Assembly: GCA_040143965.1 (NCBI GenBank)
Contig: JASJQH010000047.1
Coordinates: forward strand, 1 to 38,371
Source: Basidiobolus ranarum
Taxonomy: Eukaryota
Length of the DNA: 38,371 nt
Reading direction: 5' to 3'
A program made the position numbers and the translations under genes. Below the pieces are notes generated by a model, which saw only the letters and a list, made by a program, of their open reading frames with translations, did not search any database and was not told the DNA's origin. Below are positions 1-11,439 of the stretch, in pieces; the first letter of the stretch is position 1, and each line of letters begins with the position of its first letter.

Positions 1-102
1 TTGCTGCTGCTGCTGTTGTAACAGCTGTTGACGATGTTGTAACAGTTGTTGTTGCTGAAGCTGCTGCCATAATTCTTGATTCTGCTGAAAAGGATTTGAC
101 AT
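1..102 (-). CDS. 5' end of a glutamine-rich protein (partial, runs off the window)
   Basis: ATG at 102 opens MSNPFQQNQELWQQLQQQQLLQHRQQLLQQQQQQ with no stop to position 1. It is built from mixed CAG/CAA codons and is too short to appear in the ORF track. Confidence 0.6.
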   Translation of the reverse strand, partial: MSNPFQQNQELWQQLQQQQLLQHRQQLLQQQQQQ

Positions 103-195
103 TAATGCAGTATGTGTCTAAGTAAGTATTTTCTCTGCTATTATTGTCTAATACTAGTATTGATGTATAATTAACAATTGACTACAATTTCGAAA

Positions 196-226
196 ACGCG
201 TTAGTTGGTTCTATTGGAAACGCGAA
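196..226. promoter_or_regulatory. Two MCB-like elements with an intervening CCAAT box
   Basis: ACGCGT at 196-201, ATTGG (CCAAT on minus) at 213-217 and ACGCGAA at 220-226, lying 94-124 nt upstream of the ATG at 102 in AT-rich DNA. Confidence 0.45.
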
Positions 227-597
227 GCGAACAGCAAGAAAAAGACCATAGAATACCATCAACGTAAATTGTTGTAGTGAAAGAATATTACTCAAATTTG
301 GGGGATATATTCAATTGCCACCAAAACAGAACTAGACGAAATTAATAAGCATTTATTGGTTATTTTTTGATCAATTGATTTATGTTTTTGAGTCCATGTA
401 TGATCATGAAATGAGCTTAATTCGCACCAATTTAACATGATTGTCTGAAATTCAAGCCAGATATTAGCTGACAAAAATCTGTTTTATTGACAAATAATTG
501 GTCTAGGCGGGACGATGTAACAGATATAAAGAGTTATTTGGCTTGCAAACCAAGAATTTTACAAGAAAATATGTCAAAATAGCCAAGATTCGTACAC

Positions 598-2307
598 TTA
601 ACGTCGAGAGTGCCGATCACGACGATAATCCCTACTGCGAGAGCGAGATCGCTCTCGGTGATGACGGCTTCTTCTACGAGAACTTGAATCAGGACTGTGG
701 TAATTATAAGCACTGTTATGTTGAGAAGAATTGTCTTCTTTAGATTGTCGACTGTCTACTAACTCCAAGTCAATCTTTTCAGGGCCGTAATGTTGCCATT
801 CACTTTGTTTATCAGGCACAATATGTTGGCTTACTTCTGAATGACTATAAGTGCTATGTTCAACTTCAGGTGACCGGCTACGATTCCGTTGAGAGTGTGA
901 CCTTTGATCTGCTCTACGATGCTCTTTCCCTTTTCGACTTCGGCGCCGATGACTATGACCAGAGGATCTTGACTCAACAGAGCGTGAGCGGGAGCGTGAC
1001 CTTCCATCAGGCGACCTTGATCTATATGAGTATTCAGAACAATCATCACTATCGTCTGAATCGTGTCGCCTACTATGACGACGACTTTTCTTCTTCTTTT
1101 TCTTTCGACTCTTATCTTTCTTGTGTTTCTTTTTTGAACTGTTATCGCCATATTCCGCTTCTTCTTGGTCGGGGTCATTGCTCCTTTTTTGTTGAGAATT
1201 CTCTTCTTGGATAGATTCGGTTCGAGTTAAGCACTAAACAATGGACTACTTAATAGAATTCTTATTAGTTGATCATAACGTGAAGATTTACCTCCACTTT
1301 GATTTTATCCAATGTTGCTTCCAGGTAGGCTCGAGCGTTAGTATGCTCTGGGTCAATCTCCAATGCTTTCTTGAACTCGTCCACTGCTTTGTAATAAGCT
1401 CCTGTATTTGCTAAACTAAAAACACATTTTAATTAAATTTATACATGCTGTGCTCCATAATATAGAAGGCTTTTTTTGTTTTACGTACGCAGCACCACGA
1501 GCAATATAGGCCTCTTTACATTTTCCGTAGATCTCTAATGCATGGTCATACTGCTTAATGGCCTCATGGTATTTGCCATCTTTAGCCAGCTTGACACCAG
1601 TTGCAACACTATTAATCAATACACTTTAGAATATGCCATTGGTTTGATAGTCTACATTAAATAACCCACGTATCGACGGCCCACTCTTGATTTTGAAATT
1701 CACGTAAGAGTAGATAATCTTCGTTGGAAGGAATATCATTTATGATCCTATTTCGGAGCAAGAATGGACTGATCAGTAATACAGTTCTTTCTTTCGATTA
1801 GTTCAAGTTTTCAATAGATAACATTCTACCTGTCTGTTAAAGTCTTCTCCGTCTCATCCAATACCCCTATGTAAGGATTAATCTGAAATTTACGTATAAC
1901 CAGTTCATTATATTCGGGGTTTTTGATTTCCACGTTTCTTTCTAAAAATCCTCTCCAGACTCTGGTCTCTAAGGTGGTTTTCGGTGGGGGTGGAATGTTG
2001 AAGCTCTCTATTTATCCGCGAAATGAGATTGGTTTTGGGGGGTTATAAGAGAGTTAGAATTAAAGTTAAAATATCGTTTCAAAAAGTAGTCTTTTTATTG
2101 AGTTTTCAGGATCACATTGTATATTAAAAGGAAAGAGAAAAACATGAACGTACCTATTTTATTTATATCAGTACCAAGTAAAGCAACTAATTTAGTTTGA
2201 ATTTTGGAGGAAGTACGAAAGTTTTCCAACAGTGTTTCAAAGGGTAATGGTTGTTCTACTGGTTGATTGACATTATTTAGAGAAGGACTCTCTGTAGGAT
2301 CGAGCAT
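598..2307 (-). CDS. TTC14-like tetratricopeptide repeat protein with Lys/Arg/Ser-rich C-terminus (~436 aa, 6 exons)
   Basis: Exons 2307-2154, 2007-1830, 1768-1670, 1608-1489, 1415-1292, 1233-598; all GT-AG, total 1311 nt, in frame. The core LREFQNQEWAVDTVATGVKLAKDGKYHEAIKQYDHALEIYGKCKEAYIARGAALANTGAYYKAVDEFKKALEIDPEHTNARAYL resembles the TTC14 TPR block. The tail has KKKKKKSRR and RSRSRSRS. Confidence 0.8.
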
Positions 2308-4288
2308 ATATATGTTAGAGAGAAGTGTCTATACGATGATGATGAAAAAAGGTGATGTCTAAATGCATAGATATATTAATTTCACCCACAGAATGAGGCG
2401 ACTAAATTATAATAACCGAACTATAATCAAAATATCCAGCCCTACCCCTTATTATGTTTAAAGTTAATCATAGAATACTGTTGTACATATTGTTGCTTTC
2501 AAGCATTACTTACCACAAACTGGGAGCAAGGAGCAAGTATAGCTAGACTTCCTTTTAGCCATTTTCAACAAATTATCGGGCGAACTTAAACCATGTTTTA
2601 TCCGGCCATAAATGACATCCAGGTTTCGATCTGGTTAAATAAATCGTACGGTTACTTACGTCTGTTAACTATCGGTGAACCTCTAAGCCGTGGAATGTGA
2701 CTTCACTTGACAAATACGGCGATCTCTATGCAAATAGTTCATAGGAGAATTTGATTACAGTGACACTCATTCAGAACGAGTAAATAAGCCCAAGGAAGGG
2801 GAGATATAATTCGTTTATTCGATGGATCATTTTAGGATTAGAACTGCTCTTGTACAGGCCATCTTCTACGTTATTCCATAGCGACATGTTGTGATTTTGA
2901 AAGTCACATTCTTCCAGGTAAAAAGTTGAATGAATGTTAGAAATATTCCAGTATTTGAACCTCAAATATACAAGCTGCATCAGGAATAGCTGGACCACTT
3001 GAATGTTTATTGGTTCAGTTTGCGCTACACAAGCTTCTTTGAACGCCATTGATATTTCTTTAGCTAATTGGGTATAAATGGAACGTTTACAGCATCAGGT
3101 AAAACATGAGTCATATTCTCAGTATGGGGGAGACTAAATATGTGAATGTTTTATGTCCGAAATGAAAATTCCCTAGCTACGTTCGAATTAACCGGATAGG
3201 TGCAACTCCTGTAAAAGGCATCATGGCAATCTAACGGCTATTGATGATTCTGGAAGGATTAATACTGGAGAGTGTGACAAACGAAGATTCCACCTACAGA
3301 TCAGAATCTACCCAAGTATTTAGAACAGCCACAGACTCGGCCATTGATTACTAATCAATATGGTACACAAGAGTAGCTTGTATTAATTTAGTCTTCTATG
3401 GTGAACGTCTTATATCCCTAATCAGTGATTATAACACCAGCGCTATCAATGAATGGATATTTTCGAATGGGCTTGATTTCACCTGACTTCCTTAATAGAA
3501 AATAACCGGATTCAGCCAGCTCCGTCTACAGTTTCTGTAATAGAACGAATGCTCAGAGTGGTGTGCATAACATGGAGATACAATAGATTTATTAGGGAAT
3601 TTACGGAATAACCTTTAAAATACCAACCGAGTCGACGCGATTTTATATTCAATATATATGTCAATTAGGTAGGATCAAACACTCCAAATTTGTTCTAAAA
3701 AACAACATGTATACTGAACATAGGAGGTACCAAAGCCATATGGGCCATCGACCCACTCTCAGTTGTGGGGTCTCTTGTCCAACTTGGGAAACATATGGTT
3801 GCTGTTACCCCTCCCAAAATAATGCTTTCTTTCCTTGAGCTTTGATCCTCTTATTTGGTTTCAATATATTTAATTAAAGTCACACAAGATGAGACAAGGC
3901 AAAATCATAAGACTGCTACTTCCATAGATCCTATCTAATCATTGTTGATAAATGAGAATGGGATCATTGAAAAAGGAATGGGGGAGGGGGACGGATGAGA
4001 GACATGAATGGTAAATGAAAACTGTTCAGAAAAAGGCGATGATGAGGTGTCAGAAAATCCACATTTTAACATGTACAGTCTCTATAATGAGCCAAAAATA
4101 TACGTAAAGAGTTACTTTGAACACACAACTGATGTAGATCAAAGTACCACAGTATTTACAGGTAAAGCGTGCTATTAAATAAAGTAGGTCAATGTTAGAA
4201 AAGCAAGAGACGGCTGTTCGACGAAAATGGTTGAACTATGGTGCAAGGATTGGCATCGGTATTATTCCTTGGAGTACTATAGAACATT

Positions 4289-5701
4289 CTACGAGTGCGG
4301 GATGTTTTGCTGACGAAGATAATTATCAAACAAAAGAGAGAACCCTTTATCCTCATGCTTGGTCAAGGATCCCCGAGCAGGTTCAAAGCTCACATAGAGA
4401 TTGGTATCTCGCTTGAAATTTGACTGATTTCCCGCCATCTGGACCTGGTTATTGATACGAGGATGTGAAGGAAGGTAAGATGACGCCGATATAGGGCCTT
4501 GAGAATGATAAGAAATGTCGGTGGGGTAAAAGTTTGTATCTCGGCGAAAGTTGGGACGCCGTTCATTTAAATTGAGTTGTGACAAGCTAGAGGTGGATAG
4601 TTGCATCTTGGTGTTTACTGATTTGTGCTGGTTAAAGGGTAATCTGGCCTGAGGCACAATCTCCTCTTCATCAATATCTTGTTCGAAATCCGAGTTATGT
4701 CCAGAGCTAGGGGATAGTGCGGAGCATCCGCCTCCATACCTCTCATACGAGCGCTTACCCTCCATTGGGAAAGATTCAATGCTACATAACACGGGAGATG
4801 ACGCTTTACGTTTTTTGGGAGATAAGTCAACAAACTCCGTGTCTTCGTGTCTTTCACCATTCCTAGTAAAGCCAAAGATAAATACCAATTCTCTACAGCG
4901 AAATATCACACAGTTAATCCACTTACTTTGGACGATCTTTGCGAATGCGAATTCGTACTCCTTGGTCCGAAAATACTCTACTGAGTGCAGTAGATTCAGA
5001 CATGCCAGGAAATAGCTTAGGCGAGTAAACGGTGAAGACATCCGAAACAACTGAGCAGAGATGCACGGCAGATCGACTGATTGATAAAACAATTAAGTTT
5101 GATGCAAATATTTCAAAATGTTGATTATTTGACGAACCTGATTATCTCATAGAGGTTGAAACGAAGACGAAATCTTCCCTCGAGTCTTACAGAAATATCC
5201 GGAAAAATAAAAAAGCCTTTCTCTGGATAATGAAAAGTTAGGTAACTGTGCTATCGTGGACAATTGAAGTAACTGAACTTACCACTCTGGTCAATATCTT
5301 TGAGTTTGTGTAAAGAGGATACAAGAGTTCCAGCAAGTCTTCTTGGTGGGATTTGCTCCGGATATTCATCCTGACTTGGCAACAAAGAAACATAAACCAT
5401 GAAGTTGGGGTTCTGTAGATATTCGTCGTCATTAGCATCACCATCAGTGCAAATCTGTACGACAGGAGGTGGATCGATAGGACGTCGATCTACTTTCTCT
5501 TTGGAACTACATAAACGTGCTTGGCGGGGCTGTTGACGCATTATCAAGCGATAGGACCTGAAGCATTTGTTTGCAAATGATGAATATGCAAACTTCAAGC
5601 ATGCTTGAACAATTGAAAATCTCTTACCTGTCAGGGCGATAACCGAAACGCTCAGAGCTTTGGATAAATTTATAACTTTGTGTTGAGTAACCTTTAGTCA
5701 T
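4289..5701 (-). CDS. Velvet-domain transcription regulator A (VosA/VelC-like continuous velvet domain; ~385 aa, 5 exons)
   Basis: Exons 5701-5628, 5557-5283, 5222-5138, 5076-4927, 4862-4289 (1158 nt). Velvet motifs: [106 protein letters not shown]-like PKKRK follows. Confidence 0.92.
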
Positions 5702-7519
5702 CTTCAGTGTAGACAAGAAGCAGGTAATGATTTAAGAGGATTGTATAAAATGTGTACAGCTAACGTGGGAGGGAGGTAATTTTATAAGGAGTATAAAGGA
5801 TGTAAAATCAAGAAAAAATGAAAATGTGCAAGACAATGGCAGTCTATATATACGATCCTTGGTCACTATGGCACCAAAATCTCACTATATTGGATTATCC
5901 CTAAAATTAGTAACAGCCGCTAGAAATGCCGAGAGATTCATTTCGATTGTAATTCATGATTAGTACTTAAATGGGATATATACCTTGAGCGCAAGGTTAG
6001 TGAGCTGACTCATTTTAAAATCAGGTCGGTTGGATGCAACTCAACGAGAAGTTTCACTGAGCCTTGCTCATATATTTGGTCAAGGAATGCAGTCAACGCT
6101 TCTTAAGATTACCATTAGTATACTGTAACAACGTAAACCCATACGTATCTTACGTGTCGATGTATGTTTTGATCTCACATCGACCACTGGGCTACAATCT
6201 GACGTTACATACACTATAGCTGCATCGATTGCTAACTGGTTCTCTGATCCAGAGTCTTGTTGAAACAGGCTAGTCTCTGACGGTAAATAGCACTCACTCG
6301 TAAGCAATATTAGTACTAAGAAGGAGGTAGCACGGTTTTCAATTGGCTATGAGGCACTTAGTTAGGTTGAGCAATATATACAATACAAATATCAAGTGGC
6401 AAGTCCACTGGTGCCACAAGTGTTATTAGCGATGTATTCCGAAATCAATCAGCTGAGTCCAACAGAGTTCTCTAATGGCGGGTTTAATGTGAACATTTCT
6501 GTTACAACTTCGCACCGCTTGTGTTGATCGATCCTCACCTGTAATTAACATTATCTTCTACCATCTTCTCGTGACACATGCATTCGATGAATTCCAACAG
6601 ATGAAATCTGTGATGAGCTGCACAATCTCGGATTAAAAGGCCTGATTCTACTTATCTTGGAGTTGGCCAGTCAATTAGTCTACTAAAACCTTATTTGCTA
6701 TGCATCTACCCGTTATGGACTGAATCACGCTTGGGGATTATTGCCATTGGATTACATAATCCATCCATGTGATACCATCAAGATTTGGTGAGCAAATGGA
6801 AATCAATCCTAACCCTGAGCTCCACCCAAAGCGCCAACTCACGCCTTGAAACATTTTTTTGACGAAAGAAACACAGCCATGTGTACATTTCGTACATCTC
6901 CATTGGTGACGAAGCTTGGTCTGTGCCAATGTCACATCGTCCGGAGTGCTTTTATGATTACAGCTCGTCGCTCAAGGCCCCGATCGCCGACGATATCGGG
7001 ACTATGATTGGAGTCTTACATCACCTAAACCCTTTGGCGAGTCAAGGTCTTGTTGGCGATTCCATAGTGGTTCATTTATCGGGAAAAAACTCTGCTTTGG
7101 CTGTGGTTCTAGAGTGGAAACAAACTCTAACCTCTTCAAATCGCATTTGGATAGCCAAGTGCGGGTAACTTCCAATCACAGTGAAACAGATGCCATGGAT
7201 AAGGTAGCTGAACTCATGTCATAGCCCACAACCCATAATCCAGCATTCGACTCTACATCGATTGTTTAAACCAATTAGCGTTATAGCTCAGTTCGGATCA
7301 CGGCCACTCCTGGGAAAGGCAATCCCACATGTTGAGTTGCAACATCCATGAAATTCAAAATATTTTCAAAGTTGACGGAATCTCCGAATGAAACCTCCAG
7401 GGCTGCGGTAAATTAAGTAACTAAGCTCCAACTGTAAATTAACCCTATGGGAGGTGAAGGAGTGAGTGTGCTCAAGGTGCGATTCAGAATTTAGCCGACA
7501 TGTATGACTCTGTCTACAT

Positions 7520-7557
7520 CAGTGCACCAGTGCACCAGTACACCCATGCACCAATAC
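7520..7557. repeat. Short imperfect tandem repeat, 8-bp unit
   Basis: CAGTGCAC CAGTGCAC CAGTACAC CCATGCAC CAATAC in the region between the two velvet genes. Confidence 0.7.
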
Positions 7558-8610
7558 CTTTTGAGTCCATCATAACCCTCGTGACCTGGTTTGAATCCCT
7601 AGGTGATATAAGAGGTGATGCTAAGTGATCTAGTCAGATGGGCACAGTCTAGGTCGCAGAGACGAAGGCATGAAATGACCTTATCTAGCCCTAACCCGTA
7701 TCTCTGAATGTATATATTTTAATCATTCCAGTATCCATTTCCCACGATTCACCCCAATACTGTCAAGCCTTTCAAGAGCGTGGAATCTTGGGGAAAGCTA
7801 CCGTCATTTCAGCCAAGTACACCAACATTTTGCCCAGTATATCGGCTGGAAACGCCTATTGCTATCATTGGCCAACATAATTCATGCATCTACATACCAA
7901 TAGTCTTTCAAGGTGGGGCCAATGATGTTGTGGGGCTTATATACAATAGCAGGTAATGGTCGTGTTGTTTCTGGCTCGCATCCCTCTGTTCGTCACCATG
8001 ATTAGGCTCTGTGATCGAAAGTAAACATACACTCGTCAATAAATCTGCTATATATCTAGTTTGAAACTGAAACAAGCCCGAGCGGAGTGGAACTCACTAA
8101 ACTTTGAATAACGGGGTAGCCAATCCGAGTTCAATTTTCCTTCAGTAACAACATTGCGTAGAGCTAATCTCTCCCCCTGCGCTCCTTATTGGGAAGGTGG
8201 GTTTTTCCGGTCTGCTGAGTAATTTCGATCACTATGTAGCAAATTGTCCAAGGCAATATAATCACATTTGTTGGGGAGATTCGGATCTTTTTGCTCTCCA
8301 ACTCAAATTAGAATCGATAGTCTAGCTTTCTCCATATTAGTTGGCTATGCATATCTTCAAGGTGTGTTTTGGAAGCATCGAATCAATATGAACTCAAAAT
8401 AAGGGTTTTTGGCCACAATGACAAGATCACAATATCCAAAATTGGTACTTAATCAACAGTACATAAACCATAAATATATTGACAGCCCCTCTTCGGGCTC
8501 TCACTTTGTCAAGTTCTATGTATCTTTCTTTTTCTTTAACAGTATATAACCCATCATTCTTTACTCAGCTTAAACTATTTCAATCCTATTTCATTTAAAG
8601 TCCATTTTAC

Positions 8611-10084
8611 ATGAATAACCCTGGTTGTATACAACAGCCTCACTTTCTGACCACTCCACAGTGCTTTCGTCCTTTCACAACGAAGTGAGTGTTTCTTTGA
8701 GTGACTTCTCTTGTGGGAAATAGCATTTCTATCCAGCCTTCAGCACTACTTTTTTGGTTTGGTTCACGACTTATTTAGTTATTAAATTTTAGAAGCTGTC
8801 GTCTGAAAGTTAGACAACAACCTGTGCATGCTCGCTTGTGTAGTTCTAAAGAAAAAGTGGACAGACGTCCCATTGATCCACCACCTATTATACAGATAGA
8901 ATCTAATGATGGAGACGAGTATGTGCTATAATATTCTTCTTCTTTAGACTATATACTAATGCGATTTGCTCTGTTTTGATTGAATCGTACATGAAGTGAC
9001 CTCTTTCAAAATCCTAATATCATCTTGTTTGTTACTTTAATATCAGCCGATATAGCTCAACCTGAGTATATACATCCTAAATGCTTAACTGGGACCACAG
9101 TATCTTCTCTTTTTAAATTGAAAGACATCGACAACTCTGGTAAATACTCTTTGAGCCCACATGTCTCCTTTGACTCGATATTGAAGAGTGCAAGATAGCT
9201 CTTGCCTTTTTGTATTGCTTAAAAGGAGGATATATATGGAAATATATCTTTGCATAGCCATCTGACTTAACCATTGATGTACTTAGACGGTGGTTTTTTT
9301 GTTTTTCCCGATATTTCTGTCCGCTTAGAAGGACGGTTTCGACTTCGCTTCAGCCTTTATGAGATAAATAGGTTTGTAAAGAGACCACTAGCAGAAAATC
9401 AATCATATGTAGAATAATTACTAAATATACTCTGATGATTTAAAAGTACAAATGTCGAATATATCACTACTGAGCTTTCAGATCTGTTCACCGTTTACGC
9501 GCCAAAGCAGTTTCCTGGAATGTCAGAATCCACCCTGTTGTCTCGCTACTTTGCTGAGCAGGGTGTTCGGATTCGAATTCGTAAAGAAAATAGAATGCGA
9601 ACCATGAGGTATTGTTGAGAACTTTAATCTAATATACCAGGTCTGTATATACTAAATCAAAAATCATAGTGAGAATATCAATATCATAAAGCATAAACGG
9701 AAGCCTGATCACGAAACTTCACCATGCTTGTCACAAGATAGTGATCGAACCCGACGTGGTCTCAGCCCTACGTACATGGCTTCAACCGAGTCGGGGAGTC
9801 GGCCTTTACAAGATATTACCCGAGTACAACATCGTGCAGTTGACTACGAGAGTAGGTCGTGGTATTCCGAGGCAGCAGCAGTAAGGCCTATGGTGATGAA
9901 CACCACTAGTGAATTTAATCCATGTTTTCCACATGATAGCAATTTCTATCCAACCGTAAATACAACTACCATACAACCTAGACGACCTGAAGATGGATTT
10001 TCGACTTTATTTGACATGTATCTACAACAGAAAAACATCCCATACTCAAAGCCAACTCAGCACATGCGCCCACCAGAAAATTAG
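8611..10084 (+). CDS. Velvet-domain transcription regulator B, paralog of A (~334 aa, 6 exons)
   Basis: Exons 8611-8684, 8793-8918, 8997-9139, 9287-9371, 9447-9608, 9670-10084 (1005 nt). Motifs: [114 protein letters not shown]-like TATATAA near 8543. Confidence 0.92.
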
Positions 10085-11439
10085 AACTAATTCCGGACTA
10101 GAATTTACAATCGAACTACCTCCCAATCCTGTCACATAAGCATCCAAGTCGTAATCAGATAATTAATTATGCTTGACGAGGGTAAGATCCCTACTTGAGC
10201 CAAACTTCACGAAACAATGGGACAACCTAAACATTTCTCGTTTAATTCTTATTTAATAGCAAAACAAAGCATAGCCATTCAATTTTCTGTCAACGGACGC
10301 CAAGTATATTGTGGCGTCCATCATTGTTTTAGGAAAGGATTCATTTTTGTTTTGAGTTATTGTATTATATATTGTCTCTTATCTACCCACTATCTAGTAG
10401 ATGATAAATAAACATCTTTATTTGATTTACTTTAGATTGAAAGTTGAGCACCTTCGCTGTTGTCCCTAATCAAGTGGATTCGCAATTTCTGAAGCTGATT
10501 ATAGGTGACAATACCACCAAAAATGCACTCGCCTCTCAGATATCCTACGGCCTCATTGACCAGGTACCTTTACCCTAAGGTGGAGCCCACAAGAATGATG
10601 ATATGTGCACACAAGAAAGAAGGCGGAGTGTTTATATATGCTGACAATCACGTGCTTGGCCAACTATTTAATTAATTAGATCATTACAAGCATAACACAA
10701 AATATGCAAAGCTAATATGATCTCCCCAATTGAGTATAATCACTAGGATTGAACTCTGCCAATGATAGGGTGAAAATTGTAGTTTAAGGTAATACATCAC
10801 TACACAGTCCCAGGAATTCATGCGTCTCTTCCAGAGCAAAATTATCGAGGCTTTGGAACTTTCCTAGCTCTTGGGTATTATTGATATTTACTGTCCAATA
10901 GGGAAAAGGATGGCATATTAGGGGAGTGTTAATAGGGTATAGAAATCCATGATGGAGGCAACGCTCTCCCTAGGATCCTTGGTAAATTACTTCAAGACAA
11001 AGAGTGTCAACGGTTTTGCGAGCTTTGCTTGACGATTGGGCTTCTGAAATCATTTGTTAGTATTTTACCTTATTTCTGGTTAGGTTGAATTTATATCTTA
11101 TTTGTCCCATAGAATCCACTTTTGCCCCTTCCTTTCTCAATACTTTAACCTTGTTTATTTATATTATCTTATCCAATATCCCTTTATATCCCGAGTATTC
11201 TAATTCTACTCCTTAATATTTTAATCGACTTGCGTTTCTTCAACGTGTGTGAAGGAAGTTATCAATATTAAGCGATATCTCACACTCGTTAACTTTCACT
11301 AATATAGGTACTTGGACATTACCAACGTTTAGTCACTACCTTGGTTTTCTCTCTCACTCAAAGTTCTCAAAGTACAAACCACTTTCAGAAGACGGCCAAT
11401 AATTGTTTCATCTGTAACACGTATTGATTGGCGAACTTC

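Noticed and set aside
543-1214. ORFs 543-743(+), 870-1214(+) and 831-1178(-)
   Set aside because: Antisense or off-frame shadows of the low-complexity RS-rich last exon of the TPR gene.
2771-3049. 92-aa minus-strand ORF
   Set aside because: No recognisable motif and no supporting exon structure.
4289-5092. 267-aa ORF taken as a stand-alone gene
   Set aside because: Its first ~77 aa are an off-frame reading of velvet A exon 4 plus intron sequence. Only 4862-4289 is in the true frame.
6080-7168. Short ORFs between the velvet genes as a possible third gene
   Set aside because: Non-ATG starts, no motifs and no consistent splice model.
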